From assembly GCA_010909165.1 (NCBI GenBank), contig MU008226.1:79624-143623 (forward strand): a DNA stretch of 64,000 bases, in the 5' to 3' direction. Position numbers and translations under genes: made by a program. The notes below the pieces were generated by a model. The model ran no database searches. It saw nothing but the letters and a program-made list of their open reading frames with translations, and was not told where the DNA came from. Below are positions 38,010-50,300 of this stretch, piece after piece. The first letter of the stretch is position 1, and each line of letters starts with the position of its first letter. The DNA comes from Anthoceros angustus. Its lineage: Eukaryota; Plantae; Anthocerotophyta.

Positions 38010-38365
38010 ATTCCCTATTGGTGAGCATATATAGTGGATATCCCCTATATTAATTTCTTTTCCTAGCCGAGATCTATGACCTACCGCGGTAGATACACTT
38101 GCACTGCATGATGGTGCCTCCTTTTCTCGCCACCTACGAGGGTGTGGCGGTACCAGTTTCAATGTGTCTCGAGGCGCCCTTACGCCCGGGGTCATTTTGA
38201 CCGTCCTTTTCTGGGATATCCTCTTGACTTCCTAACAATATCCTACAACTCGACCCGGGGCTTCTCGGAAAGTTTCGGCATGCTCCTCTTTAGTCGTTTC
38301 TAGCCAAAAAAATCAAACTTGTTTGTCCTCAGCTCTTTTGAATTTGGTTGCCCAAACTTTTGCGT
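38010..38365. promoter_or_regulatory. Diverged copy of the conserved non-coding module; the KGK-type ORF remnant 37900-37400 (-) follows it
   Basis: CCTATTGGTGAGCATATATAGTGGATATC, GGGGTCATTTTGACC, TAGCCAAAAAAATC, GGTTGCCCAAACTTT. Confidence 0.6.
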
Positions 38366-38369
38366 TCCG

Positions 38370-39820
38370 CGATTTATCTTACGGCCGATATACTTAACCT
38401 TTACTATTCCTCTCTCTCAAGAACATCCGGATGTAGTGATGATAGAGCTCTATATGTTTAGTCCTAGCATGAAACCTAGGGTTAGCAACTAAAGCTATAG
38501 CACCCATATTATCCAGCAGACTAGTAGGACCAGATTGTGATTGATTTACGAATCAAGAAATTGACGCGTTCCACTCGGCCTCCTTGCAAGCATCCGTGGC
38601 TTTGTACTCGGCTTGAGAAGACAAAGCAAGAGAAGCTTGTTTCTTGCAACAAACTAATGCACCAAGGAAACAATAAGGAAACAATAAGCAGAGAGACTCA
38701 GCGATCGATTGGATGCCCAATCAAGATCGAAAAAAGAGGTCGGTAAAAGTGACTTGCTCCCACTTGCTGAATATTGTAAACCAAAGGAAATAGTGCCCTT
38801 GATATAACGACAATACGTTTAATACCGTCTAAAAGGCAGGCTGCTTAAGGAACTGAAACCATACTAACATCAGATGATGTCGTCGAGTCCAGTTGGCCAG
38901 GAAAATCAAGCAACCGACAGCCTGTGCATAAGGAACAGATGCCATATCTTTAAGATCTGCTGCACTCTGAGGAGCTTGATCTATACTAAGCTTTTCCCCC
39001 ACTGCAGAGGGAATCGTAACAAGTCTGGCCTCATCCATATGAAAGCGTTTAAGAATTTCTTTGATGTACTTAGTTTGATGAAGAATAATGTGGCCTGCAG
39101 CCCTGTGACGCAAAATCTGGATGCTAAGACAGAACTGCAGATCCCCTTGATCAGTCATTTCAAACTCAGCCCGAAGCATTGTCTTAACTTTCTCTAGTTG
39201 TGGAGTACTATTACTGAGAAGAACGCAATCATCCACGTAAAGTGCGAGAACAACAAAAAGACCACCCTGGGAAAGGTAAAACACATTGCTGTCCGCAGGA
39301 GATTGTAGAAAACCGAGCTTCTTCAAGTACTTCACAATCCGCTTGTACCATGCTCTTGGACTTTGTTTCAAGCCGTAAATAGTCTTTAGCAGCTTGCAAA
39401 CTTTCCTAGCCCATTTTTTGTTGATGAAGCCTTCTGGTTGCTGCATGTATAACACTTCTTCTAACTCCCCATGCAGGAAAGCTGTACATACGTCCATTTG
39501 TTGGACTTCAAGGTCATACTCAGCCATGGCTAACAACATACGATGTAAGGTGGCTTCACAACGGTGAGAAGGTATCGCCATAATCAATACGGTATTTGAC
39601 TAAACCCCTTGGGACCAAGCGTGATTTGTATCTAGCCACCGCTTCCATCCGATTTAAGCTTGGTCTTGAAGACCCACTTACTAATAGGTTTCCTACCGGT
39701 GGAAGATCAACAAGTTCCCAAGTGTTATTCTTCATAAGAGAATTGTACTCATCATCAATTGAAATCCGCCAATGGTGTCCATCTGGTCCATGAATTGCTT
39801 CCTCATAGGGATTGCGGATC
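38370..39820 (-). mobile_element. Ty1/Copia RT-RNase H fragment, truncated at both ends
   Basis: YEEAIHGPDG..DDEYNSLMKNNTWELVDLP, QQMDVCTAFLHG, YGLKQSPRAWY, LYVDDC, DNMGAIALVANPRFHARTKHIE. Confidence 0.95.
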
Positions 39821-39829
39821 GGGGCGGAT

Positions 39830-42800
39830 CTCCCTCCTTCACATACTCCCCGATTCCTAAGGCGCCTATCATGCCACCCATGCGTTGATTCTGCATCAGC
39901 TTGCATTACTGCTGCGCCTCTTCCCGACCCTCCGTATGTCGACAAACCCTAGCAAACGCCCAGCTTGGCTCTTCATCCGTTAAGCGCCTCCATCATGACC
40001 CGAGTGTTGGCACCTCAAACTCGACCGCATAACGGGTGAGTGCCCATAGTGTAATACGGAGTTCGCTGCCCTTCTCTCGCCGCTCAACGCCCATACTGGC
40101 GGTAGCTTTGTATCCCGGCGCATAGTTAACCGAAGCTTATTGAGGATGCGATAAGTCCGTTGGTCTTCTCCGTCAATCCGGGCCTTGGGTTGTAGGGCCG
40201 TTACGATGTGTGATGCCAAATAGTCCGTCATTGCGCTTATCACATCATTGAGGAAATGGGTTCCCATCGCTACCAGCAACGGACACCCATACCTTGTGAT
40301 GATGTGAGAGGAATTTGGCCACCGTGCTCGCAGAGTCCGTTAGTAGCGACCGCCCCACCCACCGTGCGAGTCCGCCACCAAGATGTACCGCTTTTGTGTG
40401 CCTCGCTGGTCGATAGGTCCAACGAAGTCGATGCCCACTTCTCAAAAGGCGTAGTAGTATGGGCACTAACGGCCATTGTTGTGGCCGGCTTCCGATCCAC
40501 GACAAGCATCACACTTCTTCACAATTGGTGTGTGTTTCCCCATACATGGTGGGCCACCACTCAGCCTCCAAGATTTTCTTGGTGGTGACTCAGCATAATG
40601 TCCACCACCTAGTCCTTCGTGCATCCCTTTATTACCACCTCCGCTCTCACTGCTGGAGGTACCTGCTCCACACCCGCCCCACCTTAAAGATGCAACCGTT
40701 ATACAACCTAAAAGGGCGAGCGTGCACAAAGGCCGCCACTGGACCCGGCCAGGTAGCTCCATCTCCCATAGGTACTGCTCCAACTCAAGAGGGCCGCCCG
40801 CCGCCCCTTCTCCGCTTCGCCGTGGGTCCGCTCATTAGGGTTTGTCCTACTGCTCCTCCTTCCTCCTCACGCCACCAATTCCTCATCCGGAAGGCGCCCT
40901 CCGATCCCGCAGATGCTCCGCTTTTAACTGGACAAGAAGTCGGCGTTTGGTGTTGCCTAGTCTCCACCTCAAATGTGAACTCAGAGCAATGTAATCCACC
41001 TCGCACCGTCCGGACAAGTCCTTGTTCACCAAATGCTTGAGCGCCAAGTGATCAACATAGAACACAAACTCATTGTAAGGTAGTGTCTCGAATTTTAACA
41101 CAGATACCATTCCCAATGCCTCTCGCCTGTAGTAGTGTACCTGCTCCGCGCGTGAGCCGCCTTCCGCGTAGTAGATTGGGTGATCCTCCGCATCTTTTGA
41201 TCGAGCACTACTCCGATGGCGGCGACACATCCACATACACATGGAATCGCTTCCCCCGTCCTTGATCTGGGCACGACAGTGGTCAGGTCTCGAATGCCGC
41301 CTCCTTTCTCGCTCCAGTCCATTCTTCCTCCTTCCCGAGTAGCTCGTTAGCTGAGGCCCGCTTTGCAAAATCTTGGATGAAACGCCTATAGTAACCCACC
41401 ATGCCTGTGAATCGTAACTCCTTCAAGTTCGTAGGCGGTCAGGATCGGATGACTTTCACCTTGTCTTGATCCACCTCTATCCTCTTACCGACACGTGTCC
41501 CAACAAGATTCCTCCTCATCAAGTAGCATTTCTCGGATGGTGCACGCTTGAGTCTCCTACATCGCTCCAAACACTTCCGCAGATGTCCAACGTGTTTGTC
41601 CTCCTCTGCACAGTAAGTCGCCCAAGAACACCTCCATGAAGTCCTCAAAATTCTAAGACATTGGTCACCATCCGCATAAATGATCCGGTGCTCCTCATAT
41701 CCCAAGGCACTGCTTGTAGGCAAACGCCCCACTCCGTGGTGAATGTTGTCTTATCCCACCGACCTTTAGGTGCACTGGTTGTAGCCGAGTAGCCCAAGAA
41801 GGAGTAGGTACTCCCCGCCACCTTGTCCAAGTATGTCGCCTACAAAGGGCATGGGAAATGGTCCTTCCGTGGCGGCGTAGCTTTCTCCCCGACAGACACG
41901 AATCGCCCTGCCGCTTCTTCGCACGACACAATGGGCGCCACCCACTCACGCTCACGATTGGGAAGATGATGTCCGCCTGATACTTATCCAGACTTCCTTG
42001 ACCTTGAGCGAGTGCTTGGGATTCAGCTTTATACCGAATCCGAACAGCACCGCCTCGCTTCAGATCTATCCTGTTCGCCCCATCGCTTTGAATGCCCTTC
42101 ATGTCCGTGACCTTGAAAGCAACACCGAATTCCCCAACAATCGGGTGAGGTCTTGTTTCAACTCGGCCCTGCGGAATTTTAGGAATTTCGGGCGAACCTC
42201 CACGCCTTCCACATCGCCGATTGACCGCCTTCTCTCGCCGCTCACCACGCCCAAAGCCATCATCCTCCACCCGGGTTCATCTTCACGCATTCCCCATTCT
42301 CAAGAGTTCGTGAGGTGAACGGTTACTTCTGGGTCCTCCTCATCCGGATTCCCGCCTTTGTCTGCCTCCGCGACTTCCACTTGAAGCAATGATCACCTCC
42401 GCCCGGTGTCCTCCGAGTCCATTTCTTCTTCGGACCACGAGATTTTGGAAAGGGTAGTCCTCATTCGTATCCTCGCTCATCGTCCCCACTGCCTTCTGAG
42501 GTGGTGGTGCTTACGCCACCACAAGATGTGTCCTTACCTGTAATCGCTACCGTCCTTCCCTCACCTTCGGATCCCACCCACCGGCTTGAAGTGTATTTCC
42601 TTCCGTCCAAGTGTAGTTTTGTCCGAGGCGCCCAAGGTCGCCTAACAGACCTCATACCCTGAGGTCCCGGTCCGATGACGACAAATCTAATGTATAGGGG
42701 CTCCGCTATGGTGGCTTGACTGGACAACTCACTGGCGCTGGCGACATGTCCGCCATCCCGAGGGTTTTGGTGGATGGCTCAAGGTGGTGAACCCACTGCC

Positions 42801-44860
42801 TCGGTGGCCTCTTGATGAGGTTCACTCGACCCGTGTCCAGAGGCACGCTTTTAATCACACACCCGCACACCAACCACTGGCGCCTGTGGTCCGTATGAGA
42901 TACTACCTTACCTCCACGTTCTGCCCTTCCGCCAAGGAGTTCCGTGGTTGCTCGATGGCCTCCGGACTTCCCGCCGATACTGGGTTGTCTTTAACAACGC
43001 CTAAGGGACACCAAGTGTTGTTGGTCCATCATCAAGTCGGCCACCTTGAAAGGCGCCGGTTCTCTCGGCCACGTCCGCCTTGACTCCTCCAGCGCCACCG
43101 CCTGTGGTGGTCGGACCACTGGGTCCCGCCGGAGTTCTTCTCAAGCATCTCCGCCACTTCTAACCACATCCGTGGAACGGTGTTGCCTTGGTGAGTCCGC
43201 TCCCGAGACTCCGGTGGTTTTGGTTTCTTCCGGCAGCCGATTTAACTCGCCTCCTTGGCGGGTTCGGCCTCCTTCGCAGTGTTCCGTCCGTGGGACTATC
43301 CCATTTTCTTCCTCTTAAACTGCCTCCTTTCCTTCGCTCCTTTCGGCCGGGTTGACACTTCCAAGACGTGTCCGCCTTCTCTCCTTAGCCGAACTTGCAC
43401 CACCTCCCCAAGTTCCCTCCTCCCACTCCGCCACCGCGCCTTCAATTTGTAGCACGCGCGCCTTAGGAGGAGGCGAGGTGGCTCCCCGCCGGGTGGCGAG
43501 CGCCGCCCGAGCGAGGATCTGGACACAAGGTACCGCCGCCATGTGCCGCCCGCCATACTCCACACAGCGTTCAAAGTCCCTGCCGCCTTGCCGAGTATGG
43601 CACGTTGGAGTAGTGCCGGGTTCCCACAGCCCAGCACCACCGCCGCCGAGAATTCTCGAGGGCTCCCATGCGGCCTGACGGAGGTCGATGCACGACGGAC
43701 CAGCTGGGGTACATCGTCCGGGATACCCCCCGCTTCTTGCACTTGGTATGCATCCTCCCACTGCCTCTGACTCTTCCCGTAGTCATACTCCACCGGTTCA
43801 CGGGTCCGAGGGGCGCTTGGCCTCGAATGCCCATGTTGGTGACACACCGCACACCATGATGAGTACGGACTGGTGGCCGCCTTACGCCGCTTCTTTATCC
43901 TTCACGGTTGATCGTCAACTCCTCCACCCTCTTCATTACCTGCTCTAGATCTTCCTCACCCCGCTACTTCCTTCAAAGGAGCTCGGGACCTCTGCAGCGG
44001 CATCATGACCTCCTTCTTTTCCACCTCCTCGACCACGGGCTTCTTCTTATTTTTCCGGGTTCTTCTTCTTCCATGACCTCCTGGATTCTTCTTGAGTCCT
44101 CTTCCTCTTCCTCCGATGCCTGCCTCTCATCATCCTCCTCTTCCGAGGGTTCTTCATCTCGAGTCCGTTTCTTCTTTTCTTCTTCCTCCCGGAGGAGTCC
44201 TCGGCCGCCGTTGGTGCATCGATTCTTCATAGTTCTCCGCCGCCCGCTCACATCTTCTTCGCCAACAAAGAAGACGTGCTTAGCCATTGGCTTGGATAAG
44301 CCACCGCGAACCAACGCATCACCGCATGGTAGTGTGAGTGGTGCCGTCCCGAGTGAGAACCGCTCGATCGATCCCAACTTCTCCGCCTTTCCTCGCCTGT
44401 TTCTCGAGTTTGACAAGACGTAGCCTTTGATCGATTCCATGGAATCTTTCTAAGAAGGCATCCTTCAATGCTTCAAGGTTGCGGTGCGCTCGGTGGCCCA
44501 GATTCGACCACCGAGTCAGACTCGCAGGACCCCTTGGAACAATGAGTCTGCATCCGAACCTTCTCCGTTGAAGTTTGCCCGACACAAATCCTCCGAAGGT
44601 TTCGTCTCTCTCCTTCTTACCTCCAAAGAGGAATACGCTTGCTTGGTCGACGTTGTTGCCATCGCTGATCGGTGATGAGGAACCGCCTTACCACCACCGA
44701 CTTGGTGCGCTTCCTCCTCTCGATCCGACAACTCCACCACGCTTACCTGGTTATCGCCCTCGCCGAGCGTTGCTCTCGGAGCGCCGGCGCACAACGTCCG
44801 ACTCTCTCAAGAATTCCCTTAACTACCTCACGCCCTCCACGCATCCACGCTACTACGGAA
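39830..44860 (-). mobile_element. Athila-like Ty3/Gypsy gag-pol (gag-PR-RT-RH-IN), frameshifted, with no 3' region or 3' LTR
   Basis: Gag FLERFHG; protease LDTG..VNL (~42835) and RPW; RT DKTTFTTEWG and FMEVFLGD; RH HPIYYA..REALGMV..YVDHLALKHLVNK; IN PFEKW(G)IDFVGP, GTHFLNDVI, WHDRRL. Confidence 0.9.
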
Positions 44861-44869
44861 CGATTTCAT

Positions 44870-44886
44870 TCCCCGCAACGGCGCCA
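44870..44886 (-). promoter_or_regulatory. Primer-binding site TGGCGCCGTTGCGGGGA (tRNA-Asp type, Athila-like)
   Basis: Follows the LTR-terminal CA (44891-44890) after TTT. It is one C short of the TGGCGCCGTTGCCGGGGA consensus of Athila elements. Confidence 0.85.
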
Positions 44887-44889
44887 AAA

Positions 44890-45502
44890 TGTGGCGCGAC
44901 TTTGCCGACGGCCACATAATCCTGTCGTTGTAGGAAGGAGTTCCCAAGGGAATGATAGCTCCGCTTGCGCTGCTTTGATTCTCGTCTTAGCCCTGCCCGC
45001 CCAACGCACGTCACGCCTAACTACTCATAAACACCGCAGCCCGGTATGGCCAAACGCTTAAGGACCTGTCACGTCGCTTCGCTCACGTCTCTCACACCTC
45101 TCGTCCTCCTCTCTCCACTCACACTACACTTATCACCTTAGGAAAGACGCTGGTTACAGGGCCCGACCTCCTCCGCTGCACTGGGCCTCCGTCCGGCTCA
45201 GACGCCTCCGAGTCCTCCGCTCACACGCTCGTCTGCTCGGCCGGGCTGCCTGGACGAGCACGGGTCCCCACCACCCTCGCACACCACAACACGTTAGGTC
45301 CGCCAGACCGATCAATCTCCGAGCCGCCGTGCTCGCCGACTCAGACTCACGTTAGCAAGAAGACACACAAAGGTCTGCAAGAACGCGCATCAACACCAAG
45401 AGAAAGATGATTTATTCAGGGCCCCTCTTATACTACGCCAAGTCGGCCTTTATTACACCCCTATTCTCGAAACACCAAGATACCCTAATCGGCCGCCTAC
45501 CA
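44890..45502 (-). mobile_element. LTR (~0.6 kb) directly upstream of the PBS
   Basis: Ends CA; TATA GTATAAG at 45433-45427, AATAAA at 45416-45411; purine tract GGAGATAGGAGGAGGAATAGGA lies before the putative TG at 45502. The upstream boundary is uncertain. Confidence 0.7.
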
Positions 45503-45734
45503 TCCTATTCCTCCTCCTATCTCCTTCGGCGGTGGGCTGAAGGTCCCGGTTCCGCCTTGGGATTGGTGGTCCAATCTCCGTCTCGATCGACCCAATCGGA
45601 TGATCCGCGAGGCGGACCTCCTCTCCCGAATCTGCCAGTTACGGCGCCGACGACCGCACTGCCACAACGCCATCCCCTCGGCCTCCTGGTCCTCCTGGGC
45701 CACCCATTCGCTCCCCTAGCGTAAGTCAAGGGGC

Positions 45735-45900
45735 TCCTCGCCGAGTCCCGACCTCGAGGTCCGGTCTCGACCCGAGTCCGAACCCAAGGGTCCTTATTTC
45801 GAGTCCGCCCTGGGTCCGGCCTGCCTGGGTTCGGACCTCGGTCCGAGACACGGGTCCGTCCCCAACTCCGGACTCCTGTGGACCTCGTGCTAGGTCCTCC
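45735..45900. repeat. GGACC/GGTCC degenerate repeat tract (inverted copy)
   Basis: CCCGACCTCGAGGTCCGG, GGACCTCGGTCCGAG. Confidence 0.75.
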
Positions 45901-45949
45901 TCCACCGACCCTTGTCTTGGGTTGGCTCCTCCTTCCACCTCCTCAGGCC

Positions 45950-47300
45950 CCCCTTCTCCCGAGGTGGTGAACTTACTGGGTCCGCCGGCCTCCGCCTCCT
46001 CGAGGCTCTTCTCCCCGCTCGTTCTCCAAACAGGCCCCTAGGGTCCTCGGCCGCCCGCGTGTCTTCCCCTCCGAGCCTTCCGGTCCGCCTATTGCAGCGG
46101 GCCGAGGCCGCCTCAGAGCTCGTGGTAATAGGCAAAGTCCGAATCCACTTGTTGATTGCCTCTTCCACGTGTGCCCGTACTCCCTTCGCCATAGGTGCTC
46201 GGAGCCGAGCTCGCCTGCTCGCTTGGACCACCTCCCCGCCAGTTTGATGGAGCCGGGCTGCCTCGAGGCTGCGGTCACCTCCGCTTGCCACTCCGCCTGC
46301 TCCAACTCCCGCTGCTTCCGCTCCCCGCCGCCCTCCGCCATAACGCAGCTGCTCCCTTCTCACCGACCAGCCGCCTCTCGCCTCCGTCCATTCTGGCGCT
46401 AACTCGCCATCTCCTCTCTGCATTTGGGCAACTCGCTGATCGGGCTCGCCTGTCTTCTCCATCTCGCCGCCTCCCCTGCTCCATCGCCATCCTCCGTCCG
46501 CCAATGAGCCGAGCCTTATTTCGCCTCGTGACCCCGCCTACCATTCCTCTCAATGGTAGTTTGAGTCAGCCCAAAGTCTCCTTGCGGTCCTCCATCTCCG
46601 CCGGCCGCCCACCTCCGCCGAGTCCGAGATCCTCCATCTCCTTGTCGCTTTGGCCTGGCTGGTCCGCTGCTCCGCCTCGCTCCATCTTCGTGCAGAGCCG
46701 GAGGCGCCTATCTCCGCCAAGTCTTGGATTCTCTCATTGAGAACCCCTTGCGCTCCGACGCTGCCTTGGAGTTGTAACTCCAAGGTGTCCTTGCTGCCTC
46801 CAGCTCCGCCGCCTCCTTCTACCTCTTGCACTGCCTCGAGGTCCCGATTTCCGGGCCGGGCCTCTGTTTCGCACGCTCGTCTGCTTGCTCCCACCGCTCG
46901 GCCTTCGAGTGGGCTACCCCCGCCCTCCACCGGCCCGATCACGCCGATAGTGATCGCGGCTCGCCGTGGCCTCCGCCTGGCCACCTTCACCGAGCCTCCG
47001 GCTTGGCTGTCAGTCGGGCCGCCTCCGCGATCCGCGCCTCTCCGCTTGCGCCCGGCCTCGCCTCGCTGCCTCCGCCTCGCAGAGGTCCTCCGCTTGGGCC
47101 TCCTGCTTCACCGCCTCCACTGAAGGAATTTAGTCCGGTCCTGCGGATGGACCAGACCTCCTCTCGCCTCCGGCGCTTCCTCAATCCGGCCGAGAGCTTG
47201 GCCTTCCTCCGCCTCTCCCTCCAACCGCCTCCTGGAGGAGTACCATGTGCCTCCGGGTGGCTTCTACCTCCGGGTCTCGCCATCCCAGAGACCCGCCTAC
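45950..47300 (-). pseudogene. Coiled-coil accessory ORF (family copy D)
   Basis: EVEATRRHMVLLQE, DTLELQLQGSVGAQGVLNERIQDLAEI, AHVEEAINK. Confidence 0.7.
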
Positions 47301-47314
47301 GGTGATGGTACCTG

Positions 47315-50300
47315 CCTCCCACCGTAGGTAGGTTGCCTTCTTCCCTCTGTTCCTTATGGCACTATGGGCTCTCTCGCCATTTCTTCTCCAAACTCCTCGA
47401 GTCCATATCGCTTGTGACCTCATCAAAGTCTAAGGCCCTAGCTTAATACGCATGAGGGCCTCCCTATCATCATCGTGTGGCCCAAGCATCCTCCTCTTCA
47501 CAATTATTGTAGGCCTCCACACACCGTGCCATCGCCCATATTTTTGGCAATGGGTTTACACTCCAAACTACCACCATGCGCTTCATGAGTTGGGGTTTCT
47601 TGGCCTTGAAACCCTTCACGGCATCCACACAGCTTCCTCCGAACCAGCCTCATCCTTGCAGCTTGGCTCTTAGCAATCCCATGAGGAGAACAAACACCAA
47701 GCTAAGCACCAAGAACACTAAGGACGTCCCCTCTTAGAAGAAATTCACTCTCAAAACCAAGCCAAGGCACAAGACCCAAGAAATTGGTGCCACAAGAAAG
47801 AGAACACCAAGAGGAGATGGCGGCATCACTCTTAAGAGGCACACACACACAGAGGGCGCACACACAAGCTCTAGCTCACTCCTCTCTGCACTTTTACAGT
47901 ACCCTCCTTCTCATGCGACAATTATAGCAACAGAGCTCCTAAATTGCAGCCATAGATTTGAGTGGTTGCCGCAAGCCATATCCCATCCATTATTTACATG
48001 ACCAGCCATAACCTCTAATTTCTATCGTAGCCATCAATCCCCACCATGAATCTAAGGATCCTTTCCATCCATCTTGCACAAATTCAAGACCCTAGTTGGT
48101 TTGCACCAAGAAGGCTCTTAAGTCATCAATCCTTCACTCTTGTGCAAGAGCAACATTCCCTGCATCTCCTTGGCCCTAGGCGCTCCATAGAGACCATCCT
48201 ACCCATCAAAACCCAAGGAAAAAGCTCAATCCTCAGCCTCCAAAATCAGTTGGCCCTGCAACTCCCTACTAAGAACTTTCCCAATCAGCTCCCGTGTCTT
48301 TTGCAAATATAAGCACTCCTCGCACAAAAGGCACCCCATCCGAGTCTGATCCCATAGGACGCTTAACTCCGAGTTCTTATATCCACATATCCAACCAAGT
48401 TCATCTTGCCGCATACATTTTACTCATTCATTATTGAACTCCTCACCAAGCTCCTATCCCACACTTCTCCTTAGCGAACTCCTCAAGACCTCGAATCAGC
48501 CTACCTTGCTGCCCAATTCTCCTCGCCACCACAACGACCTCCTTCACACCTACTTGCATTGCCTTCATGATGCACCCCATTGATTCCTTCACCATATTGC
48601 AGCCCATCCGCAATACTACCTTCTGCTGCCACCTCCATCTGCAGCCCAAATTCAATATGAGAGCTCTACCATGGCCTCTCCTAGTTCGACACGGCCCTAT
48701 CATCCCATCCTCATCATTACTCCACGCAAGTACTTCCACATGCTCACGCCATGGCCTCCTCTTGCAAATGACTAGCATCTCACCTGGCCCTACATGTAGC
48801 TCTCTCCATCACTCCTCCTCATGCTCCCATTGCAAGAAGCTCCAGCACAAGAACTTCCAATTAGCTTGCCACTGCATCGACCTCCCTTAGACCAAGTGAC
48901 CATTCTGCCTTCGTGCATCTTCTCTTCCTCTGCCTCTTCATCCTTCATTGTGCAGCTTCTTCCCCCTTCCGCCAGAAGTGCTTACCTAACAGTAGGCTGC
49001 CTACCTCGGTCTTTGGGTACGGGCTATAGTGGGTACCCCACCCACTCCTTGCGTGTTGTTCCTATCACGGTAGGGTGCACCTACCATGGTAGCGTCTCCC
49101 TATACACCATTTGGCCCTATCCGGCCTGCATCTCTGAGCTCCTCTCAGGGCTCGCTCATGGAGGTTTCCTCCTCCTCCCGACAACCCCTCGGGTTCTACC
49201 TTGCTTCCTCCTCTTCCTTCGCAGAGTCCTCCAGCCTTGATGCCGTAGCTGATGCCTTGTCCTCCTGTCATAAAAGGCAATGGTCTTTCCATGCTTGGCC
49301 TCGGATGGACAATCTTGAATGGATGCCAAGAACCTTCCAGCTCCTTGCATTTCCACACACACACCCGGCCTTGACCTCGCCTCTTGCTCCCCGGCTCTTA
49401 TACCCTTGCTTTTCCGCACGAGTTTCCAATTGCTGTGATTTGAAGAAGGAATTCTCTAAGGCGTTCCACGGATTCTTACATCTTCTCCAGCAAGTTGAGA
49501 GTCCCTTCTCATAATTTCTCTTCAATTTGGACATGCCTTGCTCTTCCCAACACTCTTTTGGGCTTGGGCAAGCATTGCCTTCTTCCTTCCTTCTTCCTTC
49601 TTCTTCTTGTTGCACCTACTTGTCTTGCCTATTTTCCTCCCCACGCCTAGCTTGCCTCTTCTCTATCCTGCACAGGCGCACGTACATCGTAATATGTGGG
49701 GCTCTTCACAGACTCTTGGTGTGGCGCCTTCTGCGGTTGGCGCTTCCTCACCTTCAAGTTGTGACCTCCTACACACATGCAGATTATAAGATAACTTGGG
49801 GTTAGGAATGGTAACTACCAATCTACTACGCCCTTGGATATGCACCACGTGGCACCTTTTCCTGATTGATTGGAGTTTCCCAATTCCTCTTATACTAAGA
49901 TACTATTCCCCTAGTTTCCTAACGCCCAATCTAGCTTTTAATTTCCTATTCGACCCATTTATCTAGTCCACTATTGGTGGGCATATATAGTGATATCTCC
50001 TATCCTAATTTCCCTTTTAGCCGAGGCGCTTGACCTACCGGTAGTGCCTTCCTCTTAGCCTACCGTCGAGTGTGGCAGCCCTCTCGGTAGTCTCACCGCC
50101 CCTTCGGGCTGCCTTCCTGTCTCGCCTAAGGGTCATTTTGACCCGTTTCTTTTCCTTGAGATATCCTCTCTGCCTCCCTAACAGTATCCTACAATTCCAG
50201 CTTCAAAGATTTCAGAAAATTCCCTAGCATGATCCCCTTCAATCGTTTTTAGCCAAAAAAAATCAAGTTCGTTCTTCCTCGGCTCTTTTGGGCTGGTTGC

